Below the pieces are notes generated by a model. It searched no databases, was not told where the DNA came from, and saw only the letters and a list, made by a program, of their open reading frames with translations. 64,000 nt of DNA from NCBI GenBank assembly GCA_051294375.1, contig CM119266.1, positions 11,753,786 to 11,817,785 on the forward strand, given 5' to 3'. Made by a program: the position numbers and the translations under genes. Origin of the DNA: Paraspadella gotoi. Its lineage: Eukaryota > Animalia > Chaetognatha. Shown here one piece after another: positions 36,774-50,100 of the stretch (position 1 is its first letter; the number at the start of each line of letters is the position of its first letter).

Positions 36774-38229
36774 TTTTAAAAACAGTTTAAATAATTATAA
36801 AGATAGATTAAATATTAGTAATAACGTCGGAGCTTTATTGAGAGAGAGAGAGAGACAGCGAGACGCGAGGAAAAAAAATGTCAAAAGGCGAATGAATTAT
36901 AAAAAACGTTGAGAGATAAAAACCTCTTCTCCTCTTATCTGTGAAATTTCGACTGGTTCGTTTGTGGAAAAGTACTGAAAATGAAAAAAACTAATCGTGC
37001 GCAATACTAAAAGGCGCAACATGTCTTTTCCTTTCCGGTAGTTACCTGTAGAGAATATTGACATTCTGACTTTTGTTATAAGTTTTTTGAAAGAATTTCT
37101 CGTGTTGAATTTCGTCATTTAGGAGGTTCGGTAAAAAATCATATTTTTATCTAAAGGTATTTATTAGCAAATACCATTTCTGACGGACAGTACCGCCTAT
37201 GGTTACATACCTATGAAATTGGTACAACCAGTATAAAAATTATCTATTCATTTAATAAATAAGCTATCTTGCCCCTGACTTTGGACAGGCTTTGGTGGTT
37301 TAAGGCCTCCAACACTCTTACAAGATAATGACATAGCAGGTCCCTGCAAGCTTTCAATCAAGACTCTCTCACAGCCTGGCTTCCCTATCGATGAAGTGGT
37401 ATAATATTTCAAAGAATGTTTCAATTGTATGAAAAGACCACTCCCATAAGTATTAGATCGGGGAATACTTATTGTACTCCGCACTAGCATCAAAATGGTA
37501 ACAGGTATCATTTAGGATCTCCGAAACGAGCAAACGTAATCGTCGCGCGAATTCAGACGCTGAATAGTTAGATATATACGGAGATATTGAATAAACCCCC
37601 GACGTTCAAACTTCAAACCAAAATTACAAATTGAAAAGAGAGAGGGAGAGAGAGAGAGTGAAGAGAAGACCGGAATTAACCGCCCCTCTGAGATAATCTC
37701 CAAGATCAGGGTTCACGAATCAAGGATCGGTGAATCAAGGATCTGTTTTGTTCCTCCTCCAAATTTTTAGCCCAGTTATAACCTCCGTTGCGAAACCTTT
37801 CACATTCGTCACGAGACGTAGATGACGATGACGACGTAGATGACGAAGGACGACGTCCAACGTCCACGGTTCCTCATCTGTTCCGGTTCGCAGTTTACTA
37901 GAGAAGCTTTTGATGTCTGGCGGACGAAAGCGGAGCACTAAACCCACGACCTTGGCCAGCGCTTAAATGTTGTGTCATATCCGAAGTTTTATGACCTCAA
38001 TAAACAAGTTCCTGAACTCGTTAATTTTTTTTCAACTTTTTCGAATGCGATTTCTTTGCGGAAATTTACATATTTTCGCGCTAATCCTTAGCAAGAGTAC
38101 GTCGAGTCCCGCATGTAAAGTATTTAAAGTATTTAAAGTTAAATCGCGTTATCGTTAAAGTTGGTTAAGATTGGTCCCGAAAATTTTTTTTCGGAACCAC
38201 GATTTCAAGAATGTCATCGTGAACTTGCA

Positions 38230-38285
38230 CAATGTATATTTATTTGTGCGGATCCAAGAGGTGCAGAGGGGAAAAAAGTTTTGTT

Positions 38286-38320
<35 letters not shown>

Positions 38321-38450
38321 AGTCCTTGTGTTTACTTATTCACTCTTACTTACTTACGATTTTGTATAATGTATATTTATTTTGTGCGGATCCAAGAGGT
38401 GCAGCAGGGGCAAAACGTTGTGTGTGTGTGAGGAGAGAGAGAGAGAGAAT

Positions 38451-38497
<47 letters not shown>

Positions 38498-38531
38498 GAG
38501 GAGAGAGAGAGAGGAGAGAGAGACGAGAGAG

Positions 38532-38566
<35 letters not shown>

Positions 38567-38595
38567 TGTGCTTGTGTTTACTTACTCACTCTTCA
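38230..38595. repeat. Two tandem units with an internal (GA)n tract
   Basis: AATGTATATTTATTTGTGCGGATCCAAGAGGTGCAG ... (GA)n ... TTGTGTTTACTTA.TCACTCTT occurs twice. Confidence 0.7.
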
Positions 38596-39072
38596 GTGGA
38601 AACAGAAAACGGATAAATCGTTTTGTAAAAATTCGAATGATTAAATTCGCAACGAACTAGTAGTTTCGCGCTTTTTCAATTTAACAAACATTGTGAATGC
38701 TTTCTTTCGTTTAAGACTTACAAGCAAGTCGAAACATGTGCGTTATTAATTGTTTCTATTAAAAATCATTGTTTGTAAACAAAATACTTATTTTCTTCTC
38801 TCAAACAAATTTAACAAAGGAATTCTCTTTCTTTCCTTTAGAAAAACTTTTGATGAAAATTTCGTCAAAAGTTAATTCTCATGGATTTTTTGGGGATCAT
38901 TTTCATATTACACACACAATTCATAATGCAAGTTTATTAGCATCTTAATAAATTTATACTATGTACATGACATTTTATAAAATAATTTTATCTCTATTAT
39001 TTCCCTTTCATTCCTGCCGATTATTTGAAAAATCGTTTTGATTCCAGCTCAGTTTTTCGTCGAAAAAATAAA

Positions 39073-42000
39073 ATGGCGCCGCTCGACGTTAAGACGAGTC
39101 TGACCTACAACGTGGACGACGGCGTCCCGAGATTTCAACACGCGAAGAAGATGGACAGAAAAGAGGAGGAATTAAGCAGTGAGTCTAAAAGGATGATGAT
39201 TATGATTAAAGATTCGTTATTGAATATTGATAGATTGATCGATCGATGATGTTAAGCCAAATATCGAGATCTTTATCTCCCCTCACATCCTCGCCAGGCG
39301 GAACCAAAAAGGTGAAGGAGGTGGTGATTCGCGACGCCCGCGACGCCGATCTGGACTTCGACCTCGCCGGGTTCCAACTGGTCCACCACCCGCTTCCGAT
39401 GAAGACCGAGGACTTTTATGATAACGAGAAGGTTCGAACCTACCAATTTCTGTTTCTAACGTAAACTTTTAACTGAATTTTATGTTTTAAACCAGTTTTT
39501 CAGCTAATCCCATTAAGCATCCCATTACGATGTATGAAGTAGAGTCGATTCGAGTGCACTAATAGAGAATCGATTAGTTTGTGATTCTGCAAAGACGGAA
39601 TTTCAATTATTTTTCGTTGTCATGAGGTTCACCAAATTATTTTGTAATTATAGCTTCAACCCTCGAGAGTTAGGCGTTCCGATAACCGTTAATTTTGAGA
39701 AATTCGCTTAACCGTTTAAAACTAATATTTTTTAACGGTTAACCGTTAAAATCGGTTAATTTTATAATTTAACTTTAAAATATTATTATTTTAAATCAAA
39801 TAAAGTATTTAATGGTATTTTATCTTTAACTCTTGCTCCTGAATCTTTTTTATCTTCTATTTCAGATAGATAGATTTTAGTTAGTAAATGAAAAATTGGT
39901 TTAGCAAACTATTTAACATCTACCTATGATAATTAGCTAATTCAGATAATGGCATCGTATAAATCTTACTTTACAAAAAACTTTTTCTTTTGCGCTCATA
40001 GCATAATTATAAATATATAACAAAGGACAAAGAAAGAAAAAAATCACAATGTATATTCTAAATTCTATGTTTTGTTTTTTTTTTCTCTTTTTCTCTTTTT
40101 TCGTATAGTCTCTTCATTATTGTTTCTAGTTGTTAGTTTCTTGAACACTTGTTTTTTCTTGTTTTATTTTTCATAACCCATAACCAATTAAATTATAAAT
40201 TGATGATATTAATTTTTTGATGAATGTTTGATGTGATAGATTGATCCAAAGATTTATTTTTTATTTAAATTTTTTTTAGTTTTATTAAAAAATATATCAT
40301 GATTGAGAAAGTTTGTTAGCCTTAATGTCTTTTTAATTAGGTTTGCCTTCTATTATTAAAAAAATAGCAAATATATTATTTATATAAGAGAAAATGTATG
40401 CAAAACTTATTGCATGTGCATATATTTTTTTTTATATATTATATTGTCAATATATTCCTTGATGTAAATGCATAAAAATTTAATTGAAAGGAGAAAAAGA
40501 AACGAAAAAAAAATTGGGATGAAAATAAGTAAGAGAAAAAGAAAAAAACCACTGGAAGGAAGAAAAAAATAAAAAAGGGTAAAGAAAAGGGGAAAAAATG
40601 AGAGAAAAGAAAGGGGAAAAAGGAGGGGAAAAAGGAGGAAAAGAGAAGAGAAAAAAAAGAAAGGTACTGAATGAGGAGATTAAGTATAGAAAAAAGATTA
40701 AAGCGTTTGAAAAAATAACAAAGGAAAAAATAGGTAAAATGAAAAAGAGAGAGAGAGGTGAAAAAATATGGCGAGAAAAGAGAAAGAGAATAAGAGACGA
40801 CAAGAAAAAAATACTTTTCTTTTAAAAAATAAAAGATTTATACCAAAAAATAAAAAAAATCATATAAAATTACACGAAATTTTAACAGTTAAAATAAATA
40901 TTAACGAGTGAGGTTAAAATATTTTTAACCGTTTATTAACCGTTAACTGTTATAACGGTTATCGTAACCCTACTCGAAGCTTCGCAATCGTCACGTAATT
41001 GCATTTTTTTCTCTCAAATTCGAATCAAATCAATCGTCATGAGCTTTTGATTGTCCATCTACGATTTAAAAAAAAAATTACTACGCTCGCCAACTAACTT
41101 GTTTCTTCGTCAAAACATAAATTATCAACATGACTGCAATATGCAAATGACTTTTTTCTAACTTGAAAAAAAAATTGACAGATATGTGTTCAGTTTCAGT
41201 TTCATAACTTTTTATACGTATTCACAAGTCTCAAAGCAATGAAGTTTATTCCCAAGTCTATTTAAGTATGGAAATTGGTCAAATATATCCATCGGGAACC
41301 AAGAAATAGTATCAAAAAATGTTTTCTATTTTTAGGTGCGGAAGGTGTATTACCCTCAAATTGCTGACATGATTAAAAGAGCCACTGGCGCCGAAAGGGT
41401 CGACATTTTTCATCATCAAGTGAGGAACGTTGCAAAAAAGACGGGGGGCAACGACGTCGGAGACAACACCAAGATTCAGGGTAAGTTATGACAAGGTGTA
41501 AAAGATGTACAATATTAAGGCTAAACTGTTTTTAATTAAAAAATAATCTTAGAAGTGTAAATTGATATCTACTAAGGCGCTGAACAAGTTCTGTAAATAT
41601 AAATAATAATAGATTGTGGCGAATCCTAAATTCACCTCCCGTATAGGTTGGTGAAACTCGGCTCGTCCCAGTGGCTTGGACAGCTAAGTACTCGTTCACC
41701 ATCCGTGAGTTACGTCCTCTCAAGGTCACGCTGATTAAAGAGTGATGGTGTCTATTCCAACCCTGCCCTGAACTCAGAGCGCCAGGGCAGTCAGCGCCAG
41801 CAGTCGGGAGATTCCTCCCACCCCGGGCATCTTACATGTCTTCCCGTTACTATAAGATAAATAAAAAAAATAATCGTCTCTCCTTTAAATTTTAGTACAG
41901 TTTGCTAAAATAATGAGGTGTATTTTTCTATTCCCTACTTCAGGTTACGCCCCCGTAATCCACACCGACACCAGCGAAGAGGCGGCCAACCGTGCCTTCG

Positions 42001-42709
42001 CCTTCATGGCCTCCAGTCTGCCGGGCCGCTACTCCAAGGGCCGTTTCCTCTATTGCAACGCCTGGCGAAGCATCGACGGCGACAATCCAATCTACGATAA
42101 CTCGTTGGCGATGCTGGACGCTGCGTCGGTGCGGCCCGGCGACGCGCTGCCGCTGGATTTTTTTTCGTGAGTTAAAGAGCATAAAATTCGAGAAATTCTA
42201 GGTAAATTATAAACAGGATCAATATCCACACTTTAGATACATTAAACATAAAAAAAACCACATCATTAGAGTATTTATTTCTTCCGCTCCATCTTCCGCC
42301 CACACCGTCAAGCTTCAACCCCAACATGAAGCGCGAGGTCAAGGTGCTCCAGTATCGCCTCAACGAGCGGAGCAGCGACGCCCACCGGTGGTACTACTTT
42401 TCGCAGATGACGAAGGACGAGGCGCTGCTCTTCAAGCAGTGGGACTCGGATCCGGCACGACCGGCCCGCTCCACCTTCCACACGGCCTTCAAGGATCCGG
42501 CGGCCTCGCCCTCGGCGCCTTCGCGTCAGTCCATCGAGGTTCGCGCCATGGCGTACTTTCCCGACCACGCCCCGAATACGTGCCCGACAGGGAAAGTCTA
42601 TATCGTCTGGGCGACCATGAAGGCGAAAAAGTTAGGGTTGGTGGCGGCGGTGGGGGCTGTGGCGGCGGCCGCGGCCGCGGCCGTTTATTGGTGGATGTAT
42701 AGATCGTGA
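39073..42709 (+). CDS. CmcJ/NvfI/AsaB-family Fe(II)/2-oxoglutarate oxygenase with C-terminal hydrophobic anchor, ~335 aa
   Basis: Exons 39073-39178, 39298-39431, 41336-41480, 41944-42166, 42313-42709 splice in frame. Family motifs IRDAR, GFQLV.H, YYP, FHHQVR, HTD, NAWRSI, HRWYYFSQMT.DE.LLFKQWDS, FHTAF.DP, RQSIEVR. Confidence 0.88.
39671..40972. mobile_element. Non-autonomous hAT-like DNA transposon in oxygenase intron 2
   Basis: TIRs TAGGCGTTCCGATAACCGTTA / TAACGGTTATCGTAACCCTA, repeated subterminal AACCGTT/AACGGTT, imperfect TSD CTCGAGAGT / CTCGAAGC. Confidence 0.65.
41614..41836. repeat. Dispersed ~220-bp repeat (TGT...ACA ends; solo-LTR or SINE-like)
   Basis: Its first ~55 bp recur at 25064-25120 (TGTGGCGAA..CCTCCCGTATAG.TTGGTGAAAC.C.GCTCGT.CCA). 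No clear TSD. Confidence 0.5.
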
Positions 42710-43497
42710 AAAGAACGAAAAGTAAGGCTGGGTGGGTGCGGCTGATTCCTCGACTGTTAGTTTTTAATTGATTACAATTTGAAGATGGGATACTTTATCT
42801 CTTTTTTTTTTCATTTTGATTTTTTCAATGATTTACAATTTTAAAAATTTTATAACAAGCCTACTAATTTTGTAAACTTTTGTAAAAATCGGGATGTGTA
42901 TTTAGGTGCCCTCTCTGTGTCGATGTCTGAAACTTTGATCAATCAACAAAAGATTTCGGATTTTGGATTCCTTGATAACGATACTAATATTTAGTTTTGG
43001 TCTTTGTCAATAGAACGAGAATAAAGATTCATTAATAGCCATTTGATGTTTTCAGTTGCTTAAAGCGAACAGCATTTATAGTTATTTTATATAGTATTCA
43101 TCATATCTATACGTAATCAATAATCAGTTAAAATTATCTAGAATGTATCGTTACGTAAATTAGTTTAGAATCAGCATCATATTTTTGAATTAAGGATTCA
43201 GATTTTTAGATTCTGGATTCAGGTTCCGACCAAAACCGCAAGAATCACCGTCGGCAATAAACGTCTCGATATCAAAGTCACCGACGTTTCTTTTCTTTCT
43301 TTTATTTTTTAAATCAAGTTTTTTTTTTTGTTTTTTTTTCTTCACGTCTACATCAGAGTGATTCAGTTTTTATTCTTTTTTGTCTTTATGGAAAAAGTTT
43401 TATATGTTAATTTTACTTTTTTTTTTCTAACACCCGGTCGTCTTTTTCTCAAAATCGCATCATTTACCATTTTCTGTACCCCATTCCTCTCCTCTCT

Positions 43498-43585
<88 letters not shown>

Positions 43586-44071
43586 TCTCTCTCTCACTTT
43601 CTTTTTTTCTTTCTCTCTTTTTTCGCCCACCCCATCGGATTTTGGAATCGGCCAAGAAACCCAAAGACTTTTCTACCTCAGGGAAAAGTTTTTGATTCCC
43701 CGCCACACAAGAAGAAAAAAAAAGAAACAAAAAAGAAAAAGAAAAGAAAGGGAAGAAAACGATGAAAGTTTTGAGAAAAGATGACAAGATTTTTAATGTA
43801 ATTTTGACTTGAGAAATTCGGATAACCAGTGCAAGAACAAAAACGTGGCATAATTAACCACAGAGAAAGAAAGAGAAGAATATCGAGCGAGAATTTAAAT
43901 TTAAGTACATTAAGGTTAGGTTTTAAAATTTGCACATTATAAATTAAAAAAAGAAAAAAGCGTGAAACGAAATTTTCTAATTTTTTTTCTTTTTTTCTTT
44001 TTCCTTTTAATTTTCCCCAAAGAAAAGAAGTAATTCAATCGAGTTCTTCTCTCCTTACGTGAAACGAGAGT

Positions 44072-44134
<63 letters not shown>

Positions 44135-44707
44135 CCACCGAGATAAATTCGTATTTTTTGAGTAATTATATATCATATTTCATCTCATCCGAAATCGATT
44201 TTACCGCCACGTTCTCACTCATCGTTTCTTCGCTCATCTTCTCATCAAACCTTAATATTATTACTCACCTTCGTTTCTCTCCAACTCTTCCGTTGAATAT
44301 TTAACTTAAATCTTTAGTTAAACCATACATTGATATGCATATAAACTTTATAGTAGAGAAATGTATTTTTCGCGGTTTATTTTTGGAAATTGTTGTGCTT
44401 AAAAATTTCAATCTTGTATCAATGAAAATTATTTCATTTCGGAATTGAAGTTTTTTCTTATATGTGTAACTTTTTAACTTAATAAAAAACTATTATTTTA
44501 AATCGAATTTAATTTAATCTAATCAATTTAAAAATTCCATAAGTCTTTCATTCCGCTATGAATCGTATGTACGATTTAGATAAATACAATGATCCTCCTA
44601 AAAGGCTACTTCCTACTACATCTTTATTCGCCATTTCCATTCGCCATTTCCATTCGCTTTTCTTTTTTTTTAAAACTACGGAAAGAGAAAAAAATACCGT
44701 AAACGGC

Positions 44708-44799
44708 AGTTGCACAGGATTCGAACTTGGCGAGGAAGACGTAACTGAATCCTACAGATCGCCTCTCTTAACCAACGTCTCTCTCTGGCCAAACACTGC
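44708..44799 (-). pseudogene. Degenerate tRNA-Ser-like sequence
   Basis: GCAGT..TGGCC..GAG..TGGTTAAG..GGCG ... GTTCGAATCCT..ACTGC with many indels; the anticodon cannot be read. Confidence 0.4.
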
Positions 44800-44915
44800 T
44801 GGTTCTATGCAGAACTTGATACTAAATCTATCATGTCCTCTCGTCAATTCAGTATGAAGTTTTATTATAAAAATTTTAGAATTTCCCCTGAACAGTTTTT
44901 CTTTAATAAAAGAGG

Positions 44916-44990
44916 CTCCCCGGCGGGAATCGAACCCCGGTTCTCTCGCGTGACAGGCGAAGGGAATACTCACACTATACTAACCGAGGA
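44916..44990 (-). tRNA. tRNA-Asp(GTC), with small indels (error or pseudogene)
   Basis: TCCTCG..TAGTATAGTG.TGAGTAT..CGCCTGTCACGCG..CCGGGGTTCGATTCCCG.CGGGGAG. Confidence 0.8.
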
Positions 44991-45664
44991 CTTGATTTCC
45001 AACTTGTTTTTTCAAAGCGAGAGTCTTTTTAAAACAGTGATGCAAACAGCGAATAGAAGTTGAAAAATATTGAAATAAAAAGTTTAAGTGGTAATACAGT
45101 GTATATTTTAATTTGTTTGGATCTAGATACCTCGAGTTGCTTGGTTATCCCATACTAAACAATGACTCCGGCGTGAAGCCAATCCACCAAGTTGGATCAG
45201 TGAGCGCAACAACGGGGCGATCTTCAATTAAATTAACAGTTATAAAATGGTTATAAAATTTTATAAATTATATAAAGATTTGTCATGGAATGTAATTAGT
45301 GATTATCAATATAACAATTAGCAATTTTAATCCAAACTGGCGATAACAACGAAACAATTTTCAGTTCCTTCTTGAAAAAAATACTACTTAGTTAATTTTA
45401 GTATGAGTAAGAGATTTAAGTACTTTAGTATATAAAATTTATTTAATACATTTCTACTAGACGACTATAATTCAAATCGCGTGTATCGATTCCCCACAAT
45501 ATATCGTGCAAATCATTAAGCGCCCACGCAAAACCTCAACGTAATACAGATTGTGCTAATAAGCCACTGGACCCCGCGGGCAATTCGGGCCCTTTGCAAG
45601 GCCCCCGCCGCGGCGGTGGTTGGGAGAGGAGCGTCGGGAGAAGGGGAGAAGGAGTGAGAGAGTG

Positions 45665-46045
45665 AAAATGGCGAATGGAAATGGCGAATATGAAAATGGC
45701 GAGATTGAGATAGCGGCAGGAATGGGCGATGGAACTGAACGAATGTAAATAGACGGAAAAATTGGCGAAATGGAAATGGTGAATGGAAATGGCGAATGGA
45801 GGCGAAAAAGAAATGGGCCCAAGGAAAAATGGCGAATGGAGAATAGCGGATGAAAATGGCGGAAAAAGAAATAAGACGAATCAAAATGGCGACTGGAAAT
45901 GGCGAATGGAAGGTAAAATGGAATAGGGCAAATTATGAAATGGCGAAATGAAATGGCAGAAATGGAAAATGGCAAAATGGAATGGCAGCGAATAAGAGAA
46001 TGGCAAAGACGAAATGCGAATGGAAATGGGAATGAAATGGCGAAT
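45665..46045. repeat. Degenerate (ATGGCGA/ATGGAA)n simple repeat
   Basis: Seen directly; it marks the inner boundary of the inverted duplication. Confidence 0.8.
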
Positions 46046-46570
46046 AAAGATGAAGTATGGAAGTAGCCTTTTAGGAGGACATGTATTTAATCTAAATACG
46101 TACATAGACGAATTCATAGCGAGAAATGAAGACTTAATGAATTTTTAAATTGATAGATTAAATTAAATCGAATTTAAAAATAATAGTTTTTATAAGTTAA
46201 AAAGTACACATATAAGAAAAACTTCAATTCCGAAATGAAAAATAATTTCATTGATACAAGATGAAATTTTTTAAGCAACAAACATTTTCACAAAGAATAA
46301 ACCGCGAAAAAAAAAAATAACATTTCTCCTACTATAAAGTTTATATGCATATCAAATGTATGGTTTAACTAAAGATTTAAGTTAAAATTCAACGGAAGAG
46401 TTGGAGAGAAACGAAAAGGGAGTATAATATTAAGGTTTGATGAGAAGATGATCGAAGAAACGATGAGTGAGAGATGTGGCGGTAAAATCGCTTTCGGATG
46501 AGATGAATATGATATATCAATTACTCAAAAAATACGAATTTATCTCGGTGGGAGAGAGAGAGAGAGAGAG

Positions 46571-46627
<57 letters not shown>

Positions 46628-47139
46628 TAGAGAAGAGAGAGAGAGAGAGAGTTTTTACTCTCGTTTCACTAAGGAGAGAAGAACTCGATTGAATTACTTC
46701 TTTCTTTGGGGAAATTAAAAGGAAAGAAAAAAAGAAAAAAAATTAGAAAATTTCCGTTCACACGCTTTTTTCTTTTTTTAATTTATAATGTGCAAATTTT
46801 AAACCTACCTTAATGTACTTAAATTTAAATTCTCGCTCGAATTCTTCTCTTTTCTTTCTCTGTGTGTTAATTATGCCACGTTTTTGTTTCTTGCACTGGT
46901 TATCCGAATTTCTCAAGTCAAAATTACATTAAAAATCTTGTAATCTTTTCTCAAAACTTTCATCGTTTCTATCCTTCTTTTTTTTTCTATTTTTGTTTCT
47001 TTTTTTTTTTTCTTCGTTGTGGCGGGGAATCAAAAAAACTTTTCCTCGAGGTAGAAAAGTCTTTGGTTTTCTTGGCCGATTCCAAAATCCGATGGGTGGG
47101 CGAAAAAAGAGAAGAAGAAAAAAAGAAAGTGAGAGAGAG

Positions 47140-47198
<59 letters not shown>

Positions 47199-50100
47199 AA
47201 AGAGAGAGAGAAGAGAGAGAGAGAGGAATGGGGTACAGAAAATGGTAAATGTATCGATTTTGAGAAAAAGACCGACCGGGTGTTTAGAAAAAAAAAAGTA
47301 AAATTAACATATAAAACTTTTTCCATAAAGACAAAAAGAATAAAACTGAATCACAATGCTGATTAGACGTGAAGAAAAAAAACAAAAAAAAACTTAATTT
47401 AAAATAATAAAAGAAGAAAAAAAAACGTCGGTGACTTTGATATCGAGACGTTTATTGCCGACGGTGAATTCTTGCGGTTTTGGTCGGAACCTGAATCCAG
47501 AATCTACAAAATCTGAATCCTTAATTCAAAAATATGATGCTGATTCTAAACTAATTTACGTAACGATACATTCTGATAATTTTAACTGATTATTGATTAC
47601 GTTAGATTATGATGAATACTATATAAAATAATATAACATGCTGTCCGCTTTTAAGCAACTGAAAACATTCAAATGGGCTTACTTAACGCTGAACTTTATT
47701 CACTCGTTCTAATTGACAAAGACCAACGAATATAATATAGGTAATCGGTTATCAAGGAGAATGTCAAAACATTCGAAATCATTTTGTTGATATGATGCAA
47801 CAGTTTCAGCGACCTATCTGCACAAGACAAACCAGCAGAAAGAAGCAGGGTCACCAAACACATCCCGAGGATTTTCTAACAAAGGTATTACAAAATTAGT
47901 AAGGACTGGTTTAGAGTTTTTAAAATTGTAAATCACTGTGAAGAATAAATCAAAATGAAAAAAAAAAAGAGATATAATCATGTACTTACCATCTTCAAAT
48001 TGTTAAATCAAGTGAAAAAATCAAACAGTCGAAGTGAATCAGCGCCGCACCCAACCAGCCTTAATTTTCGTTCTTATTCAAACGATTCATACATCCACAA
48101 TAAAACGGCCGCGCCGCGGCCGCGCACACAGAGCCCCACCGGGGCACGCCACCAACCCTAAACTTCTTTTTATCGCCCTTCATGACGTCGCCCACAGAAC
48201 GATATAGAACTTTCCGAGTTTCCCTGTCGGCACTAATTCGGGCGTGGTCAGGGATAGTACGCCATGGCGCGAACCTCGATGGAACTGACGCGAAGCGCCG
48301 AGGGCGAGGCCGCGATCCTTGAAGGCCGTGTGGAAAGGTGGAGCGGCCGGTCTGCCGGATCCGAGTCCCCACTGCTTGAAGAAGCAAGCGCCTCGTCCTT
48401 CGTCAATCTGCGAAAAGGGTAGTACCAACGTGGGCGTCGGCTGCTCCCGCTCGTTGAGGCGATAACTGAGCCACCTTGACCTCGCGCTTCATCACATGTT
48501 GAGGGTTGAAGCTTGACGGTGTGGGCGGAAGATGGAGCGGAAGAAAAAATACTCTATATGTGGCTTTTTTTTTTGTTTAATGTAATCTAAAGTGGTGGAT
48601 ATGATCCTGGTTTATATTTACGCTAGAATGTTTCTCCGAATTTATGCTCTTTTAACTCACGAAAAAAAATCCCAGCGGCAAGCGCGTCGCCGGGCCGCAC
48701 GAACGCAGCGTCCAGCATCGCCAACGTTTTCGTAGATGTGGATTGTCGCCGTCGATGCCTTACGACCAAGGCGTTGCAATAGAGGAAACGGCCCTTGGAG
48801 TAGCGGAGCCCGGCAGACTGGAGGCCAATGAAGGGGCGAAAGGCACGTTGGCCGCCTCTTCGCTGGTGGTCGTGTGGAATTACGAGGGGCGTAACACTGA
48901 AGTAGGGAATAGAAAAATACACTCATTAATTTTAAGAGCAACACTGTAAACTAAATGTAAAGGAGAGACGATTATTTTTTTTGATTTATCTTATAGTAAC
49001 GGGAAAACAAATGTAAGGATGCCCGGGTGGAGGATAATCTCCCCCTACGCTTGCGCTGAACCTGCCCTGGCGCTCCTGAGTTCAGGGCAGGGTAGGAATA
49101 GACCAACATCACTCTTTAAATCAGCGTGACCCTTTGAGGGACGTAATCAACGGAATGGTGAACGAGTACTTAGCCTGTCGGCCAAGCCAATGGGACGAAG
49201 CCGAGTTTCACCAACCTCATCCACGGGCAGGTGAATTTAAGGATTCGCCACAATCTATATTAATTTATTTTACAAGAACTTGTTTTTTCAGCGCGCTTAC
49301 GTAGAATAATCAATTTACACTTCTAAGATTTTTTTTAATTAAAAAAAGTTTAGCCTTAAATATTGTAACATCTTTTACATCCTTGTCATAACTTACCCTG
49401 AATCTTGGGTGTTGTCTCCGAACGTCGTTGCCAGGAGCCCCCGTCTTTTTTGCAACGTTCCTCACTTGAATGATGAAATATGACTCGGGACCTCTTCGGC
49501 AGGCCAGTGGCTCATTTAAAATATGTCAAGCAATCTCTGAGGGTAATACATACACCTTCCGCAACCTAAAAATAGAAAAACATTTTTTGATCTATATTTA
49601 TTCTTGGTTCGCGTGGATATATTTGAACCCATTTCCATTACCTTAAAATACGACTTGGGAATAAACTTCAATATGCTATTGAAGACTTGTGAAACTAATA
49701 AAAAAGTTATGAAACTGAACACATATCTGTCAATTTTTTTTTCAAGTAGAAAAAAGTACATTGCATATTGCAGTCATGTTGATAATTTATGTTTGACGAA
49801 GGAAACAAGTTAGTTGGCGAGCGTAGTAATGTGTGTTTAAATCGTAGATGGACAATCAAAAAGCTCATGACGATTGATTTGATTCGAATTTGAGAAGAAA
49901 AAATGCAATTACGTGACGATTGCGAAGCTTCGAGTAGGGTTACGATAACGTTATAACAGCTAACGGTTAATAACGGTTAAATAATTTTTAACCTCACGTC
50001 TTTATTTATTTTAACGTTAAAATTCGTTAATTTTTCATATGATTTTTTTATTTTTTGGTATATCTTTTATTTTTTAAAAGAAAAGTTTTTTTCTTGTCGT

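Larger units (their letters stand above)
38740..44658 (+). repeat. Left arm of a ~5.9 kb inverted duplication
   Basis: Reverse complement of 46016-52064 along its whole length. Confidence 0.92.

Noticed and set aside
35005-36912. Plus-strand ORFs overlapping ABAT (likewise those opposite the kinase and 27196-28218)
   Set aside because: Antisense shadows of GC3-rich coding exons with no motifs of their own.
37735-37960. GC-rich segment with a B-box-like GGTCGTGGGTTTAG as a SINE or snRNA
   Set aside because: No A box or cloverleaf, no proper Sm site, and no second copy in the window.
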